Source: an uncultured Acidobacteriaceae bacterium
GTDB lineage: Bacteria > Acidobacteriota > Terriglobia > Terriglobales > Acidobacteriaceae
Length of the DNA: 64,000 nt
NCBI GenBank assembly: GCA_963715965.1
Contig: CAVQSN010000001.1
Span: 809,736 to 873,735 of the forward strand
Direction: 5' to 3'
How positions within the stretch are numbered: position 1 is the first letter of the stretch; each line of letters opens with the position of its first letter. Positions 26,211 to 35,351 of this stretch are shown piece after piece. The position numbers were made by a program, and so were the translations under genes. Below the pieces are notes generated by a model that was not told where the DNA came from, did not search any database, and saw only the letters and a list, made by a program, of their open reading frames with translations.

Positions 26211-27887
26211 TTACGGCCGTTTCGAAGCCAAGTGGAGCCCCGGCGCCCCATACTCTGGCAACTTCTGCTTCACCGCCTGCGTTTGCTTCACTTCCAGTTC
26301 GTCAAACAGCAGCGCCGGAGTCGCCACACTCGACGCCACCGGCTCAAACCTGTCCTCCACGCTCAAGACGTCCCCCGCGGCAATCAGATCGCTGCGCAAT
26401 GATCGCGTGTCGAGGTCTTCGAACGCCGCACCCCGCACCAACTCTTCCCGCCCGTCCGCGGCCCAGATGCGGTACATCATTCGCGGAACCAGCTTCGATC
26501 CCATCGACTCAACATACAAGCCATATGGCAGATCGCGCTGCTTGCACAACTCAATCAGTTTCTTCTTGAGGTCAGCCTCGGGCTTCGGATCGGTCGACTC
26601 CAGAATGAGATTGCCGATCTGCGGCGCTGCCGCTCCGCTCGCGCCCGCGCGCCCGTGCCCGTTCGAAACCGCAAAATCGCGAATCGGTTGCCGCCCCACC
26701 AAATAGGAAACCAGTTCCCCCTTTTCGACCAGCGAAACCCGTTGCGCTTTGACCCCTTCGTCGTCAATCGTGTAGTCGCCGAAAAGGTGCTTGCCCGCGA
26801 TCGTCGAAATCGTCGGATCGTCGTACACATTCACAAAATCGGGCAGCACCCGGCTTTTGTAACTGCTCGACCATTTTCCCGTGGTGCGCGCATTCTCACC
26901 CAGCCTGGGCTTCTTGCCGAGAACATTCGGTTCCACCAGTTCGTTGACGACAACCTTCGCTGCGTTCCCCGCAAACAGCACTGGACCCCGGTATTCCTCA
27001 TCGACTACTGGAGCATCGCGCATATCCTTGAACGACGCCACGAACTTGCGCGCAGCGTTAAGAAAGTGGTCGCGGTTCGGCAGGTCCAACAGGCCGCGCC
27101 CCGCATCGCCTCGACCTCGCGTGAGCAGCATCCCGTCCGCCGCCTGCGTTGACCCATCGAGATGCAGAATGGAATGAGCTTTCCCGGTCCGCGCAACCGT
27201 CCCCTCGGAGTTCACGAAATACCGATTCTCGGTCGCGAATTGCAACGACGCTTCGAGGTTCTCCAGTTGTTCGTCGCTGCGATACAAAGCCGACGCTTCT
27301 TCGATCAACTCCAGCCAGGGAGTAAAGTCTTCCGTCGACAGCCGTGCCAGTGGTTCGATCGCCTCCACCGGCGCGGCTTTGGCAAAATCGTCCACCGGTT
27401 CATCCACCTTCAACTGCTTCAGTGCCGCCTGCTTGGCGGAGAGCGCTTCAGTAGCCGCCTTGTAAGCGCGGTCCGTAGCCAGCCAGACCCGATGCCGTAT
27501 GGCAAACACATCGTCATCGGAGGAAACCAGATCGACCGTTCCTTCTCCGGTACCGAAAAAACTGTCTTGCTTGTAGTCGCCGACACGCACTACAACGCGC
27601 AACATCCGCAAATGTTCCCGGCGCTGACTGCGCAGTGCTCCGAACACCGCGCTCGCCTGGAACTCGTCCAACTCATTGACGCGGTACTCGATGTAATACG
27701 GCGCCGCCACGTTCTCCATCTTCAGTTGCGCCTTGGAGCGCTCCATTTCCTCTCGAAGCGCGCGCAACACAACATCGTTCGCAGCTGAATCGGCCGCACG
27801 CGCAAAGCTCGATGCGGCGCAAATAATGATCGCGCCCGCCAGCAAGGCAAACCGCAGCCTCGACTCAAACCGCCCGCGCCCGGTCAC
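26211..27887 (-). CDS. TldD/PmbA-family protein (PmbA/TldE-like, no HExxxH) with N-terminal signal peptide
   Basis: 558 aa. Hydrophobic signal FALLAGAIIICAASSFARA. C-terminal SNGHGRAG…GNLILE family motif. GTGA overlap with the upstream partner. Confidence 0.75.
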   Translation of the reverse strand: MTGRGRFESRLRFALLAGAIIICAASSFARAADSAANDVVLRALREEMERSKAQLKMENVAAPYYIEYRVNELDEFQASAVFGALRSQRREHLRMLRVVVRVGDYKQDSFFGTGEGTVDLVSSDDDVFAIRHRVWLATDRAYKAATEALSAKQAALKQLKVDEPVDDFAKAAPVEAIEPLARLSTEDFTPWLELIEEASALYRSDEQLENLEASLQFATENRYFVNSEGTVARTGKAHSILHLDGSTQAADGMLLTRGRGDAGRGLLDLPNRDHFLNAARKFVASFKDMRDAPVVDEEYRGPVLFAGNAAKVVVNELVEPNVLGKKPRLGENARTTGKWSSSYKSRVLPDFVNVYDDPTISTIAGKHLFGDYTIDDEGVKAQRVSLVEKGELVSYLVGRQPIRDFAVSNGHGRAGASGAAAPQIGNLILESTDPKPEADLKKKLIELCKQRDLPYGLYVESMGSKLVPRMMYRIWAADGREELVRGAAFEDLDTRSLRSDLIAAGDVLSVEDRFEPVASSVATPALLFDELEVKQTQAVKQKLPEYGAPGLHLASKRP

Positions 27888-29602
27888 TTGCCACCTCCCT
27901 GATCATTCGCGCCAGGGGGTGGCGGAAGGATCGGAGGCCGCTCATCGCCATACTTCCGTTTCTGCACTTCCATCCCTGAGAACAACATCGCCGGAGCCGC
28001 CGCCGACACCGGAACGCTCCCCGATTCCGCTCCGCAAATCCCGTTGAAAACGCTGGTCGTCTCTCCCGTCGCCGTGATCTCGGTCAACACCGTCAGCGGA
28101 GTTCCAACAATATCCACTCCGCGCACCAGTTCATCCTTTCGCCCATCCGCATAAACGCGCCACACCATCACCGGCAACACCTGGAACGCCTGCGGCATCT
28201 GCCGCGAAGTCAACGTGAACCCGCCCTGAATATCTTCAAAGTACAGACCGTAAGGCTTGCCCTGCTTCTTGATTTCCTCCATGAAGCGCGCCCGCAGTTC
28301 CGCATCCGGCATCGTCTTCGAAGAACTCACAATCAGATTTCCCTGTCGCCCGACCGGCATCTTCCCTGACTGCGCCCGTCCATGCCCGTTCGAGTTGCTG
28401 AAGTTCTTTACCGGCAAACGTCCCATCAGAAAATTCTTCAGAACGCCGTCTTTCACCACCTCCACGCGTTGCGCCGGAATGCCCTCATCGTCATACCGGT
28501 AAAACCCCGAGAGTTCGGTGCCGCCGAGCGTGCGCAGCGTAGGATCGTCGCTGACGCTGAGAAACTCGGGCAGAATTTTTTCATTCACCTTCTTGGTAAA
28601 GGTTTGCCCTTCCTCGCGCCCGCGCTGGCGTTGCCCTTCGACGCGATGGCCCAGCACCTCATGAAAGAAAACCGCCGCCGCGCGCCCCGAAAGCAAGGCC
28701 GGACCGTTGTAAGGCTCCGCCAGCGGCGCCGCCCTTAAAGCACTTAAGTCCTCCGCCATCTTCTTCGCGGCTGCCGCCACTTCCGCTTCCGTGGGAGCCT
28801 TCGCCGGATCCGAAAACTGAAAAGTTTCCACCCGCCTCAACTCCATGCCGTCCTCGGCACGCGTGCCAGCCTCGATCATCACGCGAAAAATCGCGTCGCC
28901 GGTAACGATCTTCGTGCCCTCGGTCGAAACTAGGTAACTAAGGCTCCGCGCGGCGTAAAGAAAAACCACTGCCTCTTCCACCTGCGGATACTGCCGGAAA
29001 GTAGCCGAATACCGCCGCGCCAGTTCTTCCCATGCCTTCTGTTCGGGAAACGCCGGCAAGGTGGCCTTCTCCATGTAACTCGCAGGCTTCTCCACCGAGA
29101 AATCAGCCGAATCGTCTTCGTCCTTGGCGCGGACCGTCGTCTGTGTCTTCACCTTGGAGTAGGCCTCGCGCGCCTTGCGGTACTGCTGGTAGGTCAGCCG
29201 CCACAGCACGCGCGCAATGGCGTCAGCGTCGTCGCGCTCCGGCAGTTGGCCGCTCGTGATACCCGAGGTTCGCTCCTTGTCGTGAGTATTGTCCAGAGCC
29301 GCCGTGCCGATCCGCATGCTCACGTCGGCGGTGCGGCGGCGGCTTCGAGTTGAGTTCAGAATGCCACCTTCCGCGCTCAGGATCACCAGAGATTCGCCGT
29401 CGGTCACGTTGTAGCTGGCGAAATACGGTGCCGGATCCTGCTTCGCTAACTCGGCCTGGCCACGATGTAACTCGCTCTCCATCGTAGACAGCAGAAGATC
29501 GTCTGGGGCGATGGGCAACGTCTGGGCACCCAATGGTCTCCGGCCCAGTAACGCAACCAGTACCAGTAGAATGTTAAGGCAGTTAGTTTTTTTGGACTTC
29601 AT
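27884..29602 (-). CDS. TldD-like metallopeptidase with N-terminal signal peptide
   Basis: Starts MKSKKTNCLNILLVLVALLG. Zinc motif FFHEVLGHRVEGQRQ. SNGHGRAQ…GNLIV. The ORF track's extension to 29671 would run through a terminator hairpin. Confidence 0.8.
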   Translation of the reverse strand: MKSKKTNCLNILLVLVALLGRRPLGAQTLPIAPDDLLLSTMESELHRGQAELAKQDPAPYFASYNVTDGESLVILSAEGGILNSTRSRRRTADVSMRIGTAALDNTHDKERTSGITSGQLPERDDADAIARVLWRLTYQQYRKAREAYSKVKTQTTVRAKDEDDSADFSVEKPASYMEKATLPAFPEQKAWEELARRYSATFRQYPQVEEAVVFLYAARSLSYLVSTEGTKIVTGDAIFRVMIEAGTRAEDGMELRRVETFQFSDPAKAPTEAEVAAAAKKMAEDLSALRAAPLAEPYNGPALLSGRAAAVFFHEVLGHRVEGQRQRGREEGQTFTKKVNEKILPEFLSVSDDPTLRTLGGTELSGFYRYDDEGIPAQRVEVVKDGVLKNFLMGRLPVKNFSNSNGHGRAQSGKMPVGRQGNLIVSSSKTMPDAELRARFMEEIKKQGKPYGLYFEDIQGGFTLTSRQMPQAFQVLPVMVWRVYADGRKDELVRGVDIVGTPLTVLTEITATGETTSVFNGICGAESGSVPVSAAAPAMLFSGMEVQKRKYGDERPPILPPPPGANDQGGGK

Positions 29603-29635
29603 GCGGAATCGCGAGTGTATCAGGACCGCGGGAAG

Positions 29636-29662
29636 CAAAAAAAGTGGCCCCTTTCGGGGCCA
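29636..29662 (-). terminator. intrinsic terminator-like hairpin 34 nt upstream of the tldD-like start
   Basis: Minus strand: UGGCCCC-GAAA-GGGGCCA followed by CUUUUUUU. Stem at 29645-29662, A-run at 29637-29643 on the plus strand. Confidence 0.6.
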
Positions 29663-29876
29663 GCCTTTCAAAGAGGTCGAGTGGCGGGAATCAGAGGCAA
29701 TTCATTTGGCGCCGGTCCGGGGAGTGGAACGGACAGGGTGAGATGTTAAACATCGAGAGTGAAGTTCCTTCGGAGCGACCTCCTCAGTACTTTGTGAACG
29801 AGCATTTGCCGAGCCAAAGCGGTAACCCTGGCGAGATGCCTCCTCCATTTTTGAAACCTATTCAAAATCAACGTTT

Positions 29877-29892
29877 TAGGGTGATCACCCTA
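29877..29892. promoter_or_regulatory. 16-bp perfect palindrome TAGGGTGATCACCCTA (candidate dimeric-regulator operator)
   Basis: Perfect dyad read directly from the sequence. An extra half-site GATCACCCTA lies at 29910-29919. Confidence 0.45.
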
Positions 29893-30000
29893 GGCCCACA
29901 TTGCTCCGGGATCACCCTACGATGTGACGTCAGGTGCAGAAAGCTGCACTTTCGCAGAAACCCCAGTCTGAGGTCCTTCTCGTTTCTCCGCTCGTCGTTC

Positions 30001-30038
30001 ATCCAAAACTAAAAGCCCCCGCTCCAAACGGGGGCTTT
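30001..30038 (-). terminator. intrinsic terminator downstream of the gvpL/F-like gene
   Basis: Minus strand: AAAGCCCCCG-N7-CGGGGGCUUU followed by UAGUUUUGG. Begins 34 nt after the TAG at 30072-74. Confidence 0.65.
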
Positions 30039-30071
30039 CGAAAATCTCGAGCTCAATCTACCGGACCAAGT

Positions 30072-30818
30072 CTAGCTGTCGCCCGCTACCGTCCGCACCT
30101 TTCCTGGCAGGAAATGATACGGAGGCCAAGGCCCTGTCACCACCATCTGGCAATTCTTAAGCTGCTTGGCGGCCGTGCTATACCGATTCTGGTACTTTTC
30201 AATCGACTTGGTATCGATCAGGTGAGCAATGTCGAGCAGCATCCCGTCGGCGTCAACCTTCTTGCAGCTGACTTCTTCCTCCAGGGGGTTGAAAAGTTTG
30301 TGCACCTGCACCGACAGCGCCCGCGCCTTCGTCTGGCGTTCCCGCTCCCGCGACGCCTTCTCCCGCAGTTTGGTCAGGTATTCGCGGCCGACCGTGTCAG
30401 GTAGCACGATCTCTTCCAGATTCCCCTTGAAAGACCCATCGCGTACCGTCAGCTTGATGCGCATTTCCGACTTCCCGCGCAGCCGCTCCACGCTCTCACA
30501 GAAAGTTCTGCGGTTCGATCGAACCGCTTGCCGTATGGCATCTTCCGTGTCAAAGATCGTTCCAAATCGGAACGGCAAAACTGTGGAGGTCTTAAAGCTC
30601 TGGCTTACAACCCGGGCGTGTTCCAAAACTGACTTCTCGTCAAGCTTACTGGTGGCACGGTCAAATTCACTGACAATGACCGCGAACTCTCCACTCGGGT
30701 AGCTCATCACCGGAGCTGAATTCACTCCCTGGATTCCTTCGAGTAGATAGGGACGACGGGCGCGGACACCATTGGCGAGGGTCGGGTGTTCCGTAAGGCA
30801 GTACGCGTACCACGACAT
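30072..30818 (-). CDS. GvpL/GvpF-family protein (orphan gas-vesicle accessory homologue)
   Basis: 248 aa. N-terminal YAYCL, central VLPFRFGTIF, C-terminal VVTGPWPPYHF; all three are hallmark GvpL_GvpF motifs. GGAGAG SD. Confidence 0.75.
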   Translation of the reverse strand: MSWYAYCLTEHPTLANGVRARRPYLLEGIQGVNSAPVMSYPSGEFAVIVSEFDRATSKLDEKSVLEHARVVSQSFKTSTVLPFRFGTIFDTEDAIRQAVRSNRRTFCESVERLRGKSEMRIKLTVRDGSFKGNLEEIVLPDTVGREYLTKLREKASRERERQTKARALSVQVHKLFNPLEEEVSCKKVDADGMLLDIAHLIDTKSIEKYQNRYSTAAKQLKNCQMVVTGPWPPYHFLPGKVRTVAGDS

Positions 30819-31059
30819 GCATTCTCTCCGAATTGCACCGGGGTCTTCTGCACCCCTTTAGATTTTTTAACTAGGGTTGCGCTTCTACCTGTGAGTTTTG
30901 GTTTGTTAAAGCAAGATGAACGCGAAATGCCGCGTCCAAGGGCTATATTACTTCCGTTCCAGCTTATTTGCAACCTTTCTTATCCTTACTGCATCAATCG
31001 TTTTCGCATTCCGCCACGGCCTCTCTTTCCCTCGTGCGATCGCAATTCACGCCTTCGCT

Positions 31060-32667
31060 TTACTGGAACGCCCGTTCCTTCGCATAGGACTCTCGGATCA
31101 AATCCAGCCCCAAATACTCTGTCGGAGCATAGTCGTCCGTCAGAAGCAGTCCGCCCGTCGGAAAATCCCGGATACGTGAGGATTCGAACGACTGCAAGTC
31201 ACCTTCCGGAAGAGGCTGGCCTCCCGTCGCGACCAGGATAATGTTCTGCTCTGCGTCGGGGGACTCCCCGGGGAGGGTTGAAAACACAGCGACCTGCGGG
31301 AAAACTTCATGGATCGTCTTGAATAACGCCTCGTACACCGCGCCCAGTTTCCCGCCGCGCGCCGACGCGATATTGAACACCGCTATTCCATCAGGCTTCA
31401 GCGCCCGCCGCACCTGCTGAAAGGCTTCTCGCGTGGCGAGATAAGGGGGAATCGAAAGCCCGACGTAAGCGTCGGTGTAGAGGATATCGAATTGCCGGTG
31501 ATTGCGATTGAGAAAAACGCGCCCGTCTTCATTTAACGTGACGAAAGAGAGGCTGGGATCCTGCAAAAAAAACTGTTTGGCCGCCGCCGTCACTTCCGGG
31601 TCGATTTCCACCACCGTGACCTCGGACGTCGGGGCATAGCTCTTGATGAATTCCGGAACAGTGTAGCCTCCGCCGCCGATGACCAGCGCCGATTGCGGCG
31701 CCGGCTTCAACTTCTGCAAGATCTTCGCGGAGAGTTCCACGTACGGAAAAAGCATGCCCGATTCGCCCAGCAAGCGTCCACTCTGAACTTTGCCGTCAAG
31801 CACCAGAAAGCGGTACTTGTGTCCTCCGATCGCGTCATTGACCCGGATGTTGTAATACCGGCTGTTCTTCTCAAAGATATGGCTGATGTGAGCCGACCAA
31901 TCACCCGCAGGAGTCAACACCGCATTGAGAATCACGGCGATGACCAGTGCAGCTGATGCCGCCAGCCATGACGGCCGGATCGCCGCCGCCGTGCCTGCCG
32001 AGAGCCCCAGCAGCACGACCACCATTCCCGCCAGAATCGACGACACGGCAAAATGCGGAATCAGCCAGAAACCTCCCACAAAGGTTCCAGCAATGCTTCC
32101 CAGGGTCGAAGCCGCAAAAATGCTTCCCGAAGTCCGGCCGATCCGATCCGGGTCGTACGCGGCAATCTTCAACAGATAGGGCGATACCATCCCCAGCACT
32201 ATGCTGGCTGGAGCAAAAAATAGAATCGCAGCAACCAGCGATCCCCATTCCAACCCCAAATCCCCAAACTGCGGCAACAGCGGCCGCTCAAAATAAACCA
32301 GAGCAACCGCGCACGCCCCGATCAGCAAAATTAGTGGGAGAAGCTTCTGGTTCCGATCCGCTAGAACTCCTCCGAGATAGTATCCCAGCGAAAGCGAGCC
32401 TAAGATCGTCCCAATAATATTGACCCAGACCGAGAACGAAGCTCCCAGGTAGGGCGAGAGGATCCGTGTGCCCAGAATTTCGAGCAGAAGCACGACCGCG
32501 CCCGAAAAAAAAGCCACGGCCTGCGGAAAATACCTCACGATGGAAGGGCGCTCTACCGCTCGCTTCCCGGAACGATCCCGATCTGTCTCACCCTTGCCGG
32601 CAATCACCTTGGCCATAGTCGGCGGATTCTTCCGCGCTTGCTTACCAAGCGCACCTGAAACGGTCAC
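31060..32667 (-). CDS. fused polytopic-membrane / spermidine-synthase-like methyltransferase-fold protein
   Basis: About 7 N-terminal TM helices, then VIGGGGYTVPEF…VVEIDPEV…LYTDAY (SpeE-like fold). Start uncertain: GTG 32667 or ATG 32616. Confidence 0.75.
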   Translation of the reverse strand: MTVSGALGKQARKNPPTMAKVIAGKGETDRDRSGKRAVERPSIVRYFPQAVAFFSGAVVLLLEILGTRILSPYLGASFSVWVNIIGTILGSLSLGYYLGGVLADRNQKLLPLILLIGACAVALVYFERPLLPQFGDLGLEWGSLVAAILFFAPASIVLGMVSPYLLKIAAYDPDRIGRTSGSIFAASTLGSIAGTFVGGFWLIPHFAVSSILAGMVVVLLGLSAGTAAAIRPSWLAASAALVIAVILNAVLTPAGDWSAHISHIFEKNSRYYNIRVNDAIGGHKYRFLVLDGKVQSGRLLGESGMLFPYVELSAKILQKLKPAPQSALVIGGGGYTVPEFIKSYAPTSEVTVVEIDPEVTAAAKQFFLQDPSLSFVTLNEDGRVFLNRNHRQFDILYTDAYVGLSIPPYLATREAFQQVRRALKPDGIAVFNIASARGGKLGAVYEALFKTIHEVFPQVAVFSTLPGESPDAEQNIILVATGGQPLPEGDLQSFESSRIRDFPTGGLLLTDDYAPTEYLGLDLIRESYAKERAFQ

Positions 32668-32981
32668 CGCAGTATACCGTCCATTCGCTCAGTCGAGAAG
32701 CAGATCCCGAACTGCACTTCGCGTCAGCACGTTTCGTGTGCTAACGTGCGCTCCGCGACTCCATGCCTGAAACGTTTCCCTGCTTTCCGGCACTATCCAG
32801 ATAACGCGCCTGAACGACTCCCCACCGTTCCGCAGCGTGCGGCAAGCGCAGCGAAGTTAGCGTCGATACCCCTCAGATCTCCTCGGAGATTTGCACTGCA
32901 ATGACCGGCTCAAGGGCACGTCCCTCAGTCGGCCACACATGGGTTTAGCACAAGCTTTCCCCCAAACTAAGGAGGACCAAA

Positions 32982-33440
32982 ATGACAAGGACAAATGAAA
33001 CCACGCAGTTCAACCACAATCGCAAACCGGCACGGCTGGCGTTTCTGGCCGCGCTCCTGATCATCACTTTTGCTATGGCTGTGATTCCAGCCACCGCTCA
33101 GGAAAGCCCGCGGGTACCGACGAAGTCGGCCCAGACGGCGGAGGCGGTTCTCGTCGGAGCGAACCCTGAGGGCGCATCGCCCGCCCTGGCTGCCGCTTAT
33201 TGCACCTATAACATCAACGGCACGTTTCTTCTCACTTGTTACTGGAGCAAGATTTCCGCCAGCTCGCACGTTTTCGCGGCGATCAGTGAATACGGCGACG
33301 GAAACCCGAACGATCGGTTCATCGGTGCGGCTCAGATGACCGTCTTCAACGTGGCTCCATTCAACGGGGGCGTTACCGTCGAGGTCAACGTTAACTGGGG
33401 CAGTCCGCTCAATGTTCGCTTGGACCTGTTAACCGACTAG
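32982..33440 (+). CDS. small secreted protein of unknown function
   Basis: 152 aa. Strong AAGGAGG SD. TM/signal segment LAFLAALLIITFAMAVIPATAQE. No motif recognised. Confidence 0.7.
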   Translation: MTRTNETTQFNHNRKPARLAFLAALLIITFAMAVIPATAQESPRVPTKSAQTAEAVLVGANPEGASPALAAAYCTYNINGTFLLTCYWSKISASSHVFAAISEYGDGNPNDRFIGAAQMTVFNVAPFNGGVTVEVNVNWGSPLNVRLDLLTD

Positions 33441-33584
33441 TCCAGTAGCGTGATGAGTGGGAGCGGCGATGTGGATGCTGGAAGCCCACTTTTGCGTCGG
33501 AGGTCCCATCCTTGCTCGTTCTCTCCGCAAGGGTGGGATTCTCCGACCATTTCCAGTTAAGGATTTTCGGCCGGGATTGGCTCT

Positions 33585-35150
33585 TCAGTGCTGCTTCGGT
33601 GTGTTCGCGCGTTCTTGCAGGGCGGTCGTAACCGCGCGCAGCATTTCGGCCGCGGGCGCGGGTTTGCCAGTCCAAATTTCAAATTGCCGCGCCGCCTGCT
33701 GCACAAACATCTCGACTCCGGGAATCACCGTCAGCCCCTTGGCGCGCGCCACCCGCAACAGATGCGTCTCCACCGGATCGTAGACCATATCGAACACAAT
33801 CCGCGCCTGAATTTCCTCGTCCCGCAGCGGACAGTCGCGCGTGTTTCCCATCCCCACCGGAGTCGCGTTAATAATGACGTCGAACGAGGTCTTACGCAGG
33901 TCGGCGCGTTTCATCGTCCGCGCCTTGGCCTGCCTGGCCAGCTTCTGCGCCTTCGCGGAGGTCCGGTTCAACACCCACACTTCCGCGCCTCGCTCTTTAA
34001 GCCCGAACACCGCCGCCCGCGCCGCCCCGCCCGCGCCCAGCACCAGCACTTTCGCATTCGCGATCGTAAGCCGCGCTTCCAGCGGGCGAATCACCCCCGC
34101 GATATCGGTATTGAATCCGTAAAGTTTCCCTTCCGCTCCGCGCACCACCGTATTGCAAGCGCCAATCTTCGCCGTGTGCGCGTCCGTGTTATCGAGATGC
34201 GGAACGATGGCCTGCTTGTAAGGCATCGTAATGCTCAGCCCGTGCAGCGGAATTTCGCGCGCGCAATGGATGAGATCCTTCAGGGTTTTTGCGTGCAGCG
34301 GAAGATAAACGCCGTTCACATTTTCGCGCCGCATCGCCGTGTTCATAATGATCGGCGAGAGCGATTGCCCAATCGGATCGCCCGCCACACCATAAATTCG
34401 CGTCGCCGCGTCCACTTGCTCGATGCGGTAAACGCTGCGCAGGTCGCGTGCGCTGATCTGCCCGGGCGCCGTCTTCAGGCCGGCATTGGCGTCGACCGCG
34501 CCGAAAGTAAACGCACTCCCCGCGCGCACTCCCAGCACCCGGCTGATGATCCCCTGCTCTCCCATGCACAATCCCACCAGCGTGTGTTGGCTGCCATGCG
34601 CCTGCAGAAACTTCATCATCGTCACGTTGTCGGACAGCGTAGTTGCGGTCGTCACGACCTTGTAGAAATCCGCCGGAATTTTCACCATCTTCGCCAGCGT
34701 CTCATCCAGGTTGCGCGTGCCCCGGAAATCGTGGAACGAAATAATCAGTCCCGCGCGCGCGCGCAGCCCTGCAATCGCTTCGGCTTTCGATTTCAGCGCG
34801 CTCTCAAGTTCCACATCCAGCATCTGGCAACCCGCCGCCCGCGCTTTGCTCAGAACTTCCAATTGCGCGGCCAGCGATCCTTTGAACTTGCCGCCGTTAT
34901 CCACGCGTCGGCAGGTGCCGATGGCGCTGACGTACTGGTGCGTCTCTAGAAAGCGATGAATCTTCGGGAGCGCGGCCAAAGGCTGCTTCAAATAATCCAA
35001 ACGAAACTCGAGGAACGGGTTATCGCGAGCCATCGACTCGGCCGTAGCCAGCATTTCCTCAATTGTTTCGCTCCCCAGCGCCAGACACACCCGGGGCAGT
35101 CGCTGGGGCAGAAAACGGGGCGCGAGAGTGGAAGTCAAAGCCAAGGCCAT
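33585..35150 (-). CDS. aroDE: bifunctional 3-dehydroquinate dehydratase (type I) / shikimate dehydrogenase
   Basis: N-terminal half: LEFRLDYL and MGEQGIISRVLG (AroD type I). C-terminal half: YGVAGDPIGQSLSPIIMN and GAGGAARA (AroE). Confidence 0.88.
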   Translation of the reverse strand: MALALTSTLAPRFLPQRLPRVCLALGSETIEEMLATAESMARDNPFLEFRLDYLKQPLAALPKIHRFLETHQYVSAIGTCRRVDNGGKFKGSLAAQLEVLSKARAAGCQMLDVELESALKSKAEAIAGLRARAGLIISFHDFRGTRNLDETLAKMVKIPADFYKVVTTATTLSDNVTMMKFLQAHGSQHTLVGLCMGEQGIISRVLGVRAGSAFTFGAVDANAGLKTAPGQISARDLRSVYRIEQVDAATRIYGVAGDPIGQSLSPIIMNTAMRRENVNGVYLPLHAKTLKDLIHCAREIPLHGLSITMPYKQAIVPHLDNTDAHTAKIGACNTVVRGAEGKLYGFNTDIAGVIRPLEARLTIANAKVLVLGAGGAARAAVFGLKERGAEVWVLNRTSAKAQKLARQAKARTMKRADLRKTSFDVIINATPVGMGNTRDCPLRDEEIQARIVFDMVYDPVETHLLRVARAKGLTVIPGVEMFVQQAARQFEIWTGKPAPAAEMLRAVTTALQERANTPKQH

Positions 35151-35351
35151 TTGTTTTCAACGTCGGCGGCGATATTACAGGGGTGCAAGCTCAGATGCAA
35201 CCTTAACCAGCCGAAAACTTTCGACCAACACCCCTAAACACCCTCGTAACCTTGACCCCCACCCCCGCGCTTGTTACTTTTCGACTGTAACCCTTGTCTT
35301 CCCAGAGAGATAGCTGGGGCAGCCAAATAGCTACGGGAAGTCGGAGTCAAA

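Noticed and set aside
29743-30012. A 90-aa plus-strand ORF (MLNIESEVPSERPP…) and a 49-aa minus-strand ORF (MEEASRQGYRFG…, about 29702-29851) in the gvpL-tldD spacer
   Set aside because: Neither has a convincing SD. Their sequences partly mirror the DNA repeats and palindrome (VITLG / GITLR). They run across terminator-like hairpins. I treat the region as non-coding.
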